From positions 30,008,001 through 30,072,000 of the forward strand of contig NC_043012.1 of assembly GCF_006345805.1 (NCBI RefSeq): a stretch of 64,000 nucleotides of DNA, read 5' to 3'. The notes beneath the pieces are model-generated. The model was not told the origin of the DNA, searched no databases, and saw nothing but the letters and a program-made list of their open reading frames with translations. The number at the start of each line of letters is the position of its first letter. Position 1 is the first letter of the stretch. Positions 39,838-53,200 of the stretch are shown one piece after another. Both the position numbers and the translations under genes were made by a program. The stretch comes from Octopus sinensis. Taxonomy: Eukaryota.

Positions 39838-41053
39838 CTGGAAATAAAAAAAAACTGAGTTTTTATTATTTCACATTCAGTACTTCCATCTTTATTTATC
39901 TTGTCAGGCAATGAAAGCATTGAGAGAATACCATTGTTAAGCTGAGCTTAAGGCATAAGGTAGTTTTAATCCAACCTTTGAAGATTAAAAGCAGAATCTA
40001 TCTGAGAGGACAGGAATGGTTGACTTGGACTGAAAACATTAACAGCTGACACTAATTACTGGTTTCAAATTTTGGCACCAGGCCAGCTAATTTGGGGAGT
40101 TGGGGGTAAAGCAATTACATTGACCCCAGTACATAACTGGTACTTGTTTTATCAACCCTTGAAAGGATGAAAGGCAAAAATCAACCATGACAGAATTTGG
40201 ACTCAATACAAAGATGAATGAAATGCCGCTAAGCATTTAGTCTGGCATGGAAATGATTCTGCCAGCTCACTGCCTCAGAGCTGACACTAGTGTTGGAGTG
40301 CTGTCATCCCTTTTAAGTGATAAATGCTTCCAATATTTCAACCAACCTCAATTCCAGTGCTAAAGAAAATATTAGAATCTGGTTACTCTAATTTTTAGTC
40401 TGTCAGGTGATCTGGTCAAAGACTACATGTTAAAGTTAAAGCAATTTTAAATAACATGGAAGACACACATTAAACGTCCATAGACTCACAAAAACTGTTC
40501 ACTTTGTTTAGTCACTTATTATTTCATGTCAAAATTTCTATCATACTAACTGCAACCTGATCACTGATACAATTCCATTATCATCATCATTTAACATCCA
40601 TTCTTCCATCTCTCCATGTGTTACATGGAATTTTGTTGATGGAGGTTTTCTATGGCTCGATGCCCTTCTTGTTGCTAACCCTCACCTGTTTCCAAGCAAC
40701 GTAATATTTTTTCATAACTAGACATGTTTTCATTTAATACTGGAAATGGAACAACTTTGTATGATGATGCTCACCGACAATCATCCAATGTCTAGACAAG
40801 GACAAACACATATATATGGCTGTGGGGTAAGAAGTTTCCTTCCCAACTACATGGTTCTGGGTTCAGCCCCACTGCATGGCACCTTGAGCAGATTCTGCAG
40901 ACACAAACTATATATATATTGACTTGGACTGAGAACATTAACAGCTGACACTAATTACTGGTTTCAAATTTTGGCACCAGGCCAGCTAGTTTGGGGAGTT
41001 GGGGTAAAGCAATTACATTGACCCCAGTACATAACTGGTACTTGTTTTATTAA

Positions 41054-41577
41054 CACTTATTCTTTTATTTGACTTTGGCCATGCTGGAGTACCACCTTAA
41101 AGATTGTTACTCAAAGAAATCAACTGAATACTTATTCTATCAGTCGCTTTTGCCAGACCGCTAAGTTATGGGGGCATAAACACATCAGCATTGGTTGTCA
41201 AGTGATGGCTGGGGGGGGAGACAAACACAGAAACACAAATATATACATATACAATGGGCTTCTTCCAGTTTCATCTACCAAATCCACTCACAAGGTTTTG
41301 GTTGGCCCAAAGCTATAGTAGAAGACACTTGCCTGAGGTGCCATGCAGTGGGACTGAACCCAGAACCATGTGATTGGGAAGCAAGCTTCTTACCACACAG
41401 CCATGCCTATAATATATATGATGATCTTCATTCAGTTTCTGTCTTTGTAATCCTCTTACAAGGCTTTTGTCAGCTTGAGGCTACAGCAGAAGACATTTGC
41501 CCAAGGTGCCATGCAGTGGGACTGAACCCAAGACCATGGCAGGGAAGCAAATTTCTTAATCACACAGCCATGCTTGC
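41054..41577 (-). mobile_element. Family B SINE followed by a second partial copy
   Basis: Family B sequence at 41054-41408 and 41428-41577. Confidence 0.8.
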
Positions 41578-43051
41578 CACAGCAAAAACAAATATATATA
41601 TATGTGGCAGAAGGTGAAAATAGATAAAGATCTTTCACTTAAGGTCAGATGAAATGATTGATACTTAGCACATGAAACAGTTACGCTGGCCTTAGCCTGG
41701 GCCTGAATTACTGGTATGAAAGCATGGCCTAAGGATTAGTGTTTGGCTCGCTATCAAGTGATTCTGATTTCAATCCCTGGACTGAGTGGGTAATTCTTTG
41801 AGAGAGGAAGCACTGAACTGCATACTTCTCTAAAGAATGAAAGACAAAGCGGAGTTAAGTGAGATTTGATCTCAAAATGCAATGAGTCAGAGTGAAGACT
41901 GCAACATATTCTATCAGATAATACTTACAACTCTACCAGTTCCTCATTGTATCCTTGAGCAAGACACTTCATTTCATGTTGCTACAGTCCAACCAGTTGT
42001 AGACAAGTACTGGCTAGATGCCAGTGCAGCTCTCTCTCTCTCTCTCTCTCTCCACACACACACATCCTGAATGTGCCACTGAGCTAAGGGTCAAGGGGTT
42101 GAGAAGTGATTACAAAAGGGTCCCTAAAACAATTATTGAAAGTATGGCACATGTCACTAAGTCACACTCACTCATGAATGAAGGTTGGCTCAAAGTTTTC
42201 CATTATCAGTATATTTTCTCAGTATTCAGAGCTTAAAAATTCAATCTCCCACACAGACACATTTTTATTCTTTTGCCCTTTTCCTCATTAGAACTGTCAA
42301 GTCACTGAAGACAAGGTCTTTGCATATACTCCTACCAAATTCCTTGCGATAAACTGCCAGCCAATCTACCCCAGCCCCAACTCTTGGCTCGTAAATATTC
42401 AAGGACAACGTTAACAAGTTTCAGAAGAATCCTGGACACAACACAAGACCAAAGCAAAGAAATGAATAAACTCTTAGAGACGAAACAACAACAACAGAAT
42501 ATTGCAAATGTGAGGTATGAAAACGTCTCAGCTCCTACTCCACCCCCCACAACCGCCTTCCTGTCTCATAACAACCAAATGGGGTTGGAGAAAGGGGTGA
42601 GGGGGGGCGAAGGTTGGATGATGTAAAGGGAGCAAATAAAGGAGGTAGAAACTTCCTCCACCCACCGACCCGACCTACTCCAAATGTAGCAGCCACAGCT
42701 CAGTCTTCAAACAGAAAATTCCTACGGTGGGGGGCGGGGGGGGGGGCGAAGGAGCCGTATGAGTCAGCGTGGGAGCTTCTCCCTTCGTTGGTCGACCTGT
42801 TCACTCCAGCAGCAGTCAATTAATCCGTGTGGAGAGACGGGGGGGGGCGTTCTTGGTTTCAACCATCACAGCTTGGGTCAAGGCCATGCTGGAGTACTGC
42901 CTTGTATGTGTAATATGTATGTGTATGCGAATACGAGCTTGTGTATGTGTGTGTGCGCGCTCGACTGCATGCTTTGTACGTGATTGCGTGTGTGTATCTA
43001 TAATGTGTAATGGCGTTATAGGCATGCAACAAACGAGTCACTCAAACTTAC

Positions 43052-43096
43052 TGTTGCAGTGAAATTCTTCCCTGAACGCACTCCCAGCTGGTTTTT
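43052..43096 (-). CDS. Candidate exon (E3), 45 nt, phase 1-1
   Basis: tatttttaaaacag| acceptor and ACA|gtaagt donor; reads (E)KPAGSAFREEFHCN. Confidence 0.45.
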
Positions 43097-44399
43097 CTGT
43101 TTTAAAAATAGTTATAGGGGTGAGGTGGGGGTATAGACATGCAACGAACGATGAAGCTATGAGACAATGGGGGGAGGGGGGAGAAAGCCTCCACATGGTC
43201 GGCCAACCGGCTAGAAATAGCAGCCAAAAGTTGCTTGTATTCCCTGACACCATCATAAGCATGGGAAGAATCACATTGGAGAAGGTAATCTTCCAACACG
43301 CTGAAAAAGAAAAGACGACGGAATGGTCACGGTGGGAATTCTTTTGATTAAATGTTTGCTGGATTGAGAATGGCCTGGTATGAACAATGAGGAGGAGGTC
43401 GAAGTTTCTCGTAAATCAGTCGCCTGTTTTTGCAATTTGGTAATCTCAATAAAACGAACTCGTTGCTGTATTTTTTTTAACATTGTGTGTGTGTGTGTGT
43501 TTAAGAAAGAACCCTCAAAAAGGGAGAGATTGTGCGGCTCGAACTTGCTAAATGCAGCTGTGAACGTAACTTTAAATCTTCAGGACATTCGTACCCTACA
43601 ACAAAACAAGGTGGTCACCACTAGGAACTCTTATTCAAGCCAAACTATCTCTGTCAAACATCAAATTATAATTCCAGAAAGCAAGAAATTGAAAGGGAGG
43701 TGCTTTTTGAGTTGGTTTTTATTTTCATAGACTCAACTGTTGTTGTGTTTCGAACCTGTTTGGCCAGATTAAGGACTGTCTACAACACCAACGATAACAA
43801 ACAGCAATGAACTGTCTGAATTTGCTAGAAATAGCAACCAAATTTTTCTCAAATCTCGCCCTATATATCTTTAAAAAGAGAGAAGAAACACAAGATAGAC
43901 ACATTGGACCAAAACAAAAAAAAACATGTCCGTCCTTATAAACCTTAAAACGCACTTTTTTTGTTTATGGGTTGTTGGTTGTTTCTTTACAGGATGTCTC
44001 CCACTTGTATTCTTTTTGACTGGTTTCAGTCATTGGACAACGGCCACGCTAGAGCATCGCTTTCGGTGTTTACTCCTCCATACCAGCAGCTCCCGTGGGT
44101 TGGGGAGCTGACAATTCAAATTAAACTTCAATTGTCTTTCAATACTGATTATTGTACGTAAAATGTTAAAAAAAAAGGTGCTGTTGGAAATGGGGTTTAG
44201 GCAATCATATCGATCGCAGTCATTTATTTCCCCTCTGGTACTTATTCTACCGATGACTATTTGTCGGACCGCTAGATTACGTAACAAAAAGAAACAATGA
44301 TCCCGGACAGAATAAGGGTTTAGATAAAACATATAAGTTTTGTAATAAAGACATTTTGTTTCATCAATTCTAGATTTTATCCTGTATAGAAAAATGTCC

Positions 44400-47300
44400 C
44401 TAAACACTGGTTTCCAATTTTGGCACAAGACCAGCAATTTCAGGGGAGGAATTAAATCGATTACATCGACGACAATACTCAACTGGTACTTATTCTATCG
44501 ACCCCGAGAGAAAGAAAGACAAAGTCAACCTCGGCGGAATTCACAACGTAATGACGGCCGAAAAGCATTTTGCCCGGCGTGCAAACCATTCTGCTAAGCT
44601 CGCCGCACTAATGTCCCTAAATATTAAAGAATGAAAGCATAGCTAAATAAGTGATGTCGCCCAAGTATTTTTGTGGATTTTCAAGGAATAGGAAAAAGAA
44701 AGCACTTCCTGCATATCAATTCTGAAGATATGTCTAGAGGGAGATTTGTGCCTCTAGATAGACTGCTTGAATTAAGACGAGAGGGTTACAGCTAGAAGGT
44801 CTCTGACCACAGATCTGTTTGCTCTCTTGATCAGGCCCTGGAACAAAACAACAACAAACCAACGAGGGACTCCTCTGTGGTCACAACGACCTGCTAGAAA
44901 CAGCAACTAATAATCTACGAAATCAGTCATGAAAAAGAAGAAAAAAAAGACACAGTATAATAGTATACTCCAAGATACATTTATCTAAATAAATTTCTAG
45001 AAGATAGGATTGTCTAAACATAAATTTAACTGGATCTATACTGAACCGGGGGTTAATTACAACAACAACGAACGTGTGTGACAATGTGCCTGTTACCTTT
45101 CATGTGGGGCCAGATGAGGCGACTTGTGTAATAGGACACCAACTTGTCAGATTGGGGTTTTGTCGACTTTGACACCTGGATAAAACAGTTGTTGCAGACG
45201 AGATTCTTGTCAAATGAATGGCCCACAGAAGGCAAATATGACCCTTACACAATTTGAACTGTAATTTGTTTTTAGAGGAAATTATTAAAATATTGACAGT
45301 AAGCTAAGGGCTTTCAAGAATACACTAATATTGAATGGAAGGAGCTGGAAGAATTGGAACCCTAATTCGAAAGGGACTACATTTCGTTCCAACATAGAAT
45401 ATTGGATAAAAAAAAACCAGTAATAGTAAATTGCGGCTCTTGACGTTCAAGTCTGGCCCTAAAACCAGTCTACGAGGAGGCGGGGGTAAAGCATACACCA
45501 CCCGTCTTCGGCGTAAGAAAACCCCTCAACACTGGGTGTACGTGTTCTTTACTTTCGTCCACCACGAGGAAGGCCTTCTCTTCTTATCTTTCCGAGTGGA
45601 ACAACTCGATTACGACCAACTGATGACCTCTCCACCCTTCTATCGCCTGACAAGACAAATTATGGACATTATTAATGATGAATGTGAAACAAAATTAAAC
45701 TTGAGCTTTCTTCCGCTCCATCTCCCAGCTCAGACTATATTAAAAATAATCTGACATAAACGAATTATTTACTTATATCTAAAGGCAACTGGAAAAAAAA
45801 ATATTAAGTTTTTTAACACGTTTATTAATTAAAAAAAAAGTTATAATTTACCATTGAACCATGTTTAAATCCGACACTGGAAGAAAAAGCAAACGGTGGA
45901 GCCCTCACTTTCATTGGTGTCCTACACAGATGAATTCTTATTAATCTGATTCTTCTTCCGAAGATTGAAAAAATAAAGTTACCAGTGAAGAAGTACGGGA
46001 ATCATTTTAATATTCAATGGAGTGAAAGAACCCTAAAGGGTCTAGACTAGAAGAATATTGAAAATTCTACCGGAAAGAGGAAAAAGCTACACTGGACACG
46101 TTAGGTAGATTCTTTGTGGTCGTTAGGTTTGCTAGAAATAGCAGTCAATTTCCCGTCAATTCATAGTCGACCGTCATTTAAAAAAATGAGATAATGTCAT
46201 AGTAAAGATAGTCTTAAGACGGGATGGTCATTGCTAGACTGCCTTTGCTTGCAAAATGTCTCCCGAATCGAGACAGACTTGAGGTTTATTAACCCTAGTT
46301 TGTAATCGTTCGCACAGAAGCCAAGTTTCTCTCAGATCACGTCTGAAAGACACACAATCCTAGGCATATTGTATGTGTGCCTTTTATCAAAGGCCTTCTG
46401 GATCGGCGTAGACCTGAGGTTAAACGACTCCACCAAATAATGAACCACTCAAAAGTGACAGAACTAAATCAGTGTCAAAATATTGGAATCACACCACAGA
46501 GATGACATTTTGTTCTACATAAGGGCGGCGAACTGTCAGAATCGTTACAAAATCGGGAAAATACCTAATGACATTTCTTCCGGTTCTTTACATTCCGAGT
46601 TCAAATCCCGTCGAGATTAACTTTGTCTTTCATCCCTCCAGGGTTGATAAAGCACCAGTCAAGAACTGAGTTCGATGGTATCGATTAACCCCGTCCCCTC
46701 AAAACTGCTGGTTTTGTGCTTAAATTAGAAACAAATAAATACTACACAATTGAAGCTTTTTACGTGTCCGCTCTACCTGCTAGAAATTGCAGCTAAATCT
46801 CCTAAAATCACATTCTACCGTCTTACACAAAGGATCCGATACATTTGATAGGAAAATCTGAAATAAAAACCAAAAAGAAGGGATGGTCATAAGAGGAATC
46901 CTTTGGATCATAAATTTGTTCGTTCAAAAGTGACCTGAGCAGTAGACAACAACCACAGCTATATATTGTGGTATACGAATGGAATTACATGACTCCACCA
47001 CAACATTCCACAACACTAAGAACTATGAGGTTACTCGATCAGCTAGAAATAGCAGCCATATCTCCAGTAATTCATACCTAGATGTCTTTTAAAAAGTGGG
47101 GGCAAAGAGGATATATTGTATGGTTCGTGTTACATTAGGATTAAAAAGGGGAAAAAACGGGATAGTCCCAGTTGGAATATTTTTGATCAAAAATTGGTTT
47201 AATCAAAACCCAACTCGGAGCTAAACATTATATTACAGCCGTGGTGTAGGAGGGTAAATAAAATGATTGGATCCACTCTGCTATATATGATAACCACAAT

Positions 47301-47900
47301 ACTCAATCCTATACTATAATAAATTAAACTCCATTACCATATAATAAAATAAACTGCATTACATTACAGCGTAAATGAGCGACAAGGAGAGAGGGAGACA
47401 CTATGTGGACCTGCAAGAGATAGTAGCCAAATCTCTCTCAAATGATAGTCTATTGTCTTGAATAAAATAGGTGTGCCATTCGGTAATGTAATCTTAAATA
47501 ACCCTAAAAAAGACGAATAGAATTTCTTTGACGATTGTCGATCTGCTGGATCAGGAATAAACAAGGGTTAAACAACAAGAAAAATGAGTGATACCGCTGG
47601 AGCCACTCTACAACACCAGGCCAAAGAGAGAACCTCTACATGGTCGTTCGATGTGCAAGAATTAGTACCTCACCCATATCGTCTTCAAAAAGAACTGATA
47701 CATTGAATAAGGATAATGTGGTTCTAGTTCTTTAGAGATGAGTAAAAAGACATGTTCACGAATGGATTGTCTTCGATCGCAGGTCTACGGGATCGTGCCT
47801 GACCCAGGGTTAAACAATTACTACTAATGAAAACAGTCGAACCACTACAACATACACTCGCTTAAAGGACAGGAAACATTCAAATATCTGAGAACCACTC
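44400..47900. mobile_element. Dense field of decayed SINE fragments (family A and the gctagaaatagcagccaaatct family)
   Basis: Repeated motifs at about 44.4, 44.9, 46.1, 46.5, 46.8, 47.0, 47.4 and 47.6 kb. Confidence 0.65.
45097..45175 (-). CDS. Candidate exon (E2), 79 nt, phase 0-1
   Basis: aactgttttatccag| acceptor and AAG|gtaaca donor. The only open frame is VSKSTKPQSDKLVSYYTSRLIWPHMK, which matches the phase of E1. Confidence 0.55.
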
Positions 47901-49386
47901 CAAAAGAATGACATTACAACTTAGTCACACACACATAATAAATGTATATGTATGTATACATACATTTGTATGTGTGTGTATATATGCATATACAATAATA
48001 CACAGAGACCAGCACAAACCACAATATTTCATTTCCGATATGATCATCATCAAAATGAACCTGTCGCGCCTCTCTCTCTCTCTCTGTCATCCATCCAACT
48101 CGGTCTCCCTTGCTTTCCTCCAAGAAACTGTTTATATCAACAAACAACGGATCTCAGAGAATTTATTCCGTCAACATCATTAACACCAATGAATAATAAT
48201 TAATAATAATATTTTGTTGTAATTAATTTCCTTAATTATAACAACCATCGTAATAATTTTGGACACGACACGAAACACCTGTCATATTAATCTATCTACG
48301 TACGTATATGACTGAAAAGTTTAAACGCAAGATAAACTAAAACGATGAAATTTTCTTTAATTACTCGTTAATATATCCGTTTCCTAATTATATATATATA
48401 TATATAATAGAAAGAGAGAGAGGAGAGGTTATTGGAAATTAAGAAGCTGAGATGTTCATGCCATTCTCAAAGATATTCATAAGAGTGAAGTTTATCGGGC
48501 ATTGGTTGGATACGATGAAGATTCGAAACCACGTTCCACAGAACACGACACTGGAGTCGTGTATCACCCGATTTCTCTTGTTGACAAACACGCACATCAC
48601 TTAACATGAAATGTTTCAATTAATTAGAGCAGCGGGGTGGAGGCTGCCAACACATTGTGACCCCTCACCCCACCCTTTTTTGCACAGTATATTACTGGTA
48701 TCTTAGTTATAAAACGACAACAGCACCCTCCACTTGGGAAAGGAAAACAAGTCGAGAGGACCAATTGACTGGTTCCTTCCTGGATTTGAACTGGAAACCG
48801 CGAGGAAAGAGACAAGAATATTGCGATGGGAATAAGGGTTCTAATTCGCCCTGTGTGTAGGTGCGTGTGTAAATAGCGGTCATAGGGAAAGCTAAAAACA
48901 CACAGCGTTGTGTGTGTATATATGTATGTATACACACGCACACACAATACATGGAATGTGTGTAGATAATTTTGATATACACATGAAGTTTAATTTAAGA
49001 CTAAACGTAGAGAACATGTTTGTGTTGTGTTATTTTGTTAATAAAACAGATTCGAATGCAGACTAACGATTTTACTCCAAAGGGAACCGAACGTGGGAAT
49101 TATATATATATATATATGTCGCGAGAGAGAAAGAAGGAAGAGATAAAACATATGTAGAGAGAATATATATATATATCTCCGCTCCACACGTAGATATATT
49201 TTAGAGAATGTGTCGGAATTAGAAGGAGGTGATGCCTCGTTGAATCAAATAAAATTGCCAAGAATCTGGGAAATAAACAACAAGAAGTTGGTGGCGGGTG
49301 AAATAATTTAGAAACGAATGTGAAATTCTCAGAAATTCTGTGCTGGAATGGTTAATTGTGAGGAATTAGAAACGTTAGAAACCTAC

Positions 49387-49419
49387 CAGTTCTTCTTCCT
49401 GTCTCAATTTTACGGCCAT
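49387..49419 (-). CDS. Candidate first coding exon (E1): MAVKLRQEEEL
   Basis: Strong Kozak context (ccattATGG) and phase-0 donor CTG|gtaggt, downstream of a promoter-like region. Confidence 0.55.
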
Positions 49420-49435
49420 AATGGACAACTGTTGG

Positions 49436-49501
49436 GATGTTGTTGTTGTTGTTGTTGATGATGATGATGCTGTTGTTGATATTGATGGTGGTGGTGGTGG
49501 G
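49436..49501. repeat. Mixed trinucleotide repeat (TGT/TGA/TGG)n
   Basis: Visible; lies in the putative 5' UTR just upstream of E1. Confidence 0.9.
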
Positions 49502-49519
49502 TATCAATGTGGGAAAGTA

Positions 49520-50600
49520 AAAGAGGGGGCGACGAATAGGAAAGACATATAGACAGAGAGTGGGAGAGAAGGAGTATAAAACGACTGAGACGGAGAGTTA
49601 TAGAAGGAAAGGGTAAAAGCTGTAAAGAAGAAACGAGGAGGAGGAGGAGGGAGAGGAAAGAAGAAAAACATGTGAGATAAACTACGCAAGACCGGGGAGA
49701 CAGAGGAGGCGGAGCAGAAGAAACGGGAGGAGGAGATACAGTTCCAGATAGAAGAGATAAGAGTAGGTGAGTGGGTGAAAGAGTAATAGTTGTGAAAGAG
49801 GAAAGAGGAGAAGACAAGAGGAGTGAGAACTGAAGAGTAAAAGGAGATAATAGTTTGAGATAAAGGGGGAGAAAGCGAAGAGTTAATTAAAGAGAGAGAG
49901 AAAAAGCTAGAAAGAGTTATAGTGAAAAGAGAGAGAAGAAGCAAATAAGTGGGGAGGAGGAAAAGCAGATAAAAAGTGCAAAAGAGATAACAGGGGAGGA
50001 GGGGAGAGAGGCGACGGGAGAGAGAAAAAAAGTCGTGGTAAAAGTAAAGTTGAAAATAAGAGAAGGAGGAGTGACAGGAGGAAAGAAAATAGAAGAGATA
50101 GAAGTGATAGATGTGTAAGAGAAAAGAGAGAGAGAAAATAACTAATAAGCAGGGAGGTGATGTAGTATAAGGAAGAGGAGAAGCTAAGTGAGCAGAAAAA
50201 GAGATAAACGTAGGCGGAGGTATAAAGAGTAACAGGCAGCTCAGAGATAGTAATGAGAGGGAGGAGAGAATGATATATAAGAATGATTTGGAAAGAGAGA
50301 ATAAGAGAAACATTTAGAGAGGAAAAGGGAGAGAGAAAAAGGATGAGATAGGCGGGCGAATGCAAAGAGAGAGCTAGAGGAGAAGAAAGGAAAAAGACAT
50401 TTATTAGAGAGGAGAGGAGAAAAAGGCATTGATAGATTAAGAGATAGAGAGAGGAGGAGAGTGAAAAAGAAAGAGAATAAGAAGTGAACTAAAAAGGTAA
50501 GGAGGAAGTAACTGTGTAAAGGGAGACAACAATGGAGACGAAGGGAAGGAAAAACAGGAAGTGAAAACAATAAGTGAGAGAGAAAGGCGGAGGAGGAGAT
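49520..50600. repeat. ~1.1-kb purine-rich (GA) low-complexity tract
   Basis: Extreme strand asymmetry; the source of the long Leu/Ser/Phe-rich antisense ORFs. Confidence 0.9.
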
Positions 50601-51300
50601 CTCCCCTCCTTCACTTTTCCTTTTAGTGAACCGTTTTACGGCTGTCGTTACCGACTTCCGGTCTCCATCAATTTAGTTCGGAGACAGGATTGAGTTTATT
50701 GACTCAGTTTGTATAGACATGGGTGTATAGATACATATACACTCTGCATAGATCAGTGGGAAAGTAGAGAGAAGGAAGTGATGGTTTCTCCTAAAATATT
50801 TCAATAACGTTTATGGACGTACTTAGAATTTACGGTACTACTTGAGAACGGTGGTCCCGGTGCGCGCACTCGCGCTAGTTAGTCATGATTAGTCGATCCT
50901 TACTTTGTGTTTTTGTTTTTACTTTGTTTAAAAAGTTATTTATTTTGTGCTTTTGTGTTTTATTTACTTTGCTAGGTAGTCGTCGTAGGATCGAGTAGTC
51001 ACGACTAGCTAGCTCGGATGCGCGCACTGGGACCACTGTTCTCAAGTAGTACCGGATTTACAATCGTGTACGTATAGATACATATATGTGTTGGTACATG
51101 TATATATACGTGCAATCTGCTCGTTTTTTTTATATATATAATTTAAAATATGGATGTAAATCTATAGTTATGTTCGTTTGTGTTTGAAAAGGAGAGCTAA
51201 TAAGTGAACTGCCCGTCACCGGAAATATTTACAAACACGAACACGATGACGCCTCTACCGTTTCCTATAAAGGGGCGAGATGAGACCCGATAGCAGGAGA
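50600..51300. promoter_or_regulatory. Putative bidirectional promoter
   Basis: Relatively CpG-rich, with ETS motifs ACTTCCGG (50654-50661) and CCGGAAAT (51219-51226) and TATAAA at 51266-51271. Confidence 0.4.
50833..51054. mobile_element. Intact 222-bp MITE with CpG-rich TIRs
   Basis: CGGTACTACTTGAGAAC(G/A)GTGGTCCC(G/A)GTGCGCGCA at both ends in inverted orientation. Confidence 0.85.
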
Positions 51301-51476
51301 GGCAAATGGATAGATTAGACAGATAGTGAGGGAGAGAGACAATTAGACAGGAAGTTTGGATAGATACAACAGGCTGATAGGTAGAGAGAGAGATGTAGGA
51401 GTGACAAGCAGTTGGATATATAGACAGAGTAGGAGTAGATTTTTTTATTTAGACAGGGTGTAGGAGTGACGGGCCG

Positions 51477-51508
<32 letters not shown>

Positions 51509-52639
51509 TGACAGTTATATATATAAAGAGGACGTAGGAGTGACAGCATATAGACAGAGACAGACAAGTAGATAAATAGAAAGGACGAAAGAAAACTAGG
51601 TAAAGCGGCAGATAAAGGGTTCGGGTTAAATTATAGATAGATACACAGACATAGCCCAAACCCATCCATGATTCATGAATTAAAGATTTGATAACATTTT
51701 TATTTATTTATTAAAGATTTGATAATTTTTTTTTATTTATTTATTAAGTAGATAACTGATTAGAAGTATAACTACTCCCAACAATTCTTCCATGTGTCTT
51801 TAAAGTCGCACTTTCAATATATCTCTGCTTACTTTTAACCTGTAACACCATTGGTCTGAAACTTCTACAACGCTTTTACACTGAATGGTTGATTGGTCAT
51901 GCAGTTACATGAAAGGTTGACAGCAGAGACTGCTAAAATAAAAAAGGAGACCCTGGGAGGCGATGGTAGTTACCATTTTTGTACGAAGTCAAGTGAATAC
52001 AATAACACGCAGACAACTTCGAGTACGTTGCTAAGATCCTATACGTTGTCTGAGATCAATAAACAAAGAGCTTAAGAAAAATATAAAATAATTGAACTTA
52101 TTTATTATGGGAACGTAGAGTACAGTCAATTAGCAGAATCGGTAATGTTTTGAGTTCAAATCCCGCTGAGGTCAACTTTACCTGCCATTCTTCAAGCAAT
52201 CTGTGCAACATGCGTTTACACATCTGAGTTCTTTAGTGTTGTCAATCAGTTGCATATTCTGTGTTTTGGCAGAGTCTTTTGACAGTCTTCAGATCTTTCA
52301 GAAATGTTCCACATCAAGGGACCCAAACTCTTCTCCTAACTGTTGTCACTCATCCACTTTCCTTTGCTTGCATGGGTCGGACGGAATTCGTTGCAGCAGA
52401 TTTTCTAAGGCTGGATGCCTTTGCTGTCTCCAGTCTTCTTGTTACCAAGCTGGGTTCCCCATTGGCAGACATGTTCACACAAAATATTGAAAATGAATGA
52501 CACTGCTTGCATGTAAGTGGCATTCATTTACAACTACTATACAATGTCCAGACGAGAAGACACACACACATATTCACATACATACATGCATTCACATCCA
52601 TCCATACATACATTCACATGCATACTTACATGATGGCCA

Positions 52640-52643
<4 letters not shown>

Positions 52644-52702
<59 letters not shown>
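52644..52702. repeat. (CT)n microsatellite
   Basis: Visible run. Confidence 0.95.
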
Positions 52703-52706
<4 letters not shown>

Positions 52707-53200
52707 GATTCGGTGGAGGTCTGGCATGAAGTGTTTATACTGTCTTTGATTGATGCCTGCCTTATCACTACCACTATCATCATCATCATCACCATCATCA
52801 TTACCACCACCACTACCACCTCCATCATCATTGGTATAGGACATTGTCTTGTCCAGTTAGAAGTGACAGTGAGTAAGGCTGTTATAACCCATTGGCTCCT
52901 GAGCCCCATTTCTCATTTTCTTCCAGGGTTCCAATACAATATCTTAATATTGATATGAATACTAAAATATCTTTTCCTTTATCATAAGGCAAGGATCACA
53001 TAGATAGGCGAATTTAACCCTTGACCTCCATGTGGATTGCTTGGTATCTTCTGTTTTACTAATTATATTTTCTGTTTAATCAGGAATTTTTACCTCATTA
53101 CAAGAGGAAACTCAGTTTGATATAAATGTAAAAAATCAAAGAAAAACGAAAAAAAGTTATAGAAAAAAAGAAATGTTGCCTAATCACATACTTAAGTAAC

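Noticed and set aside
49410-50570. Long ORFs of 109-269 aa (Leu/Ser/Phe-rich)
   Set aside because: Translations of a pyrimidine-rich low-complexity strand that naturally lacks stop codons; open in several frames.
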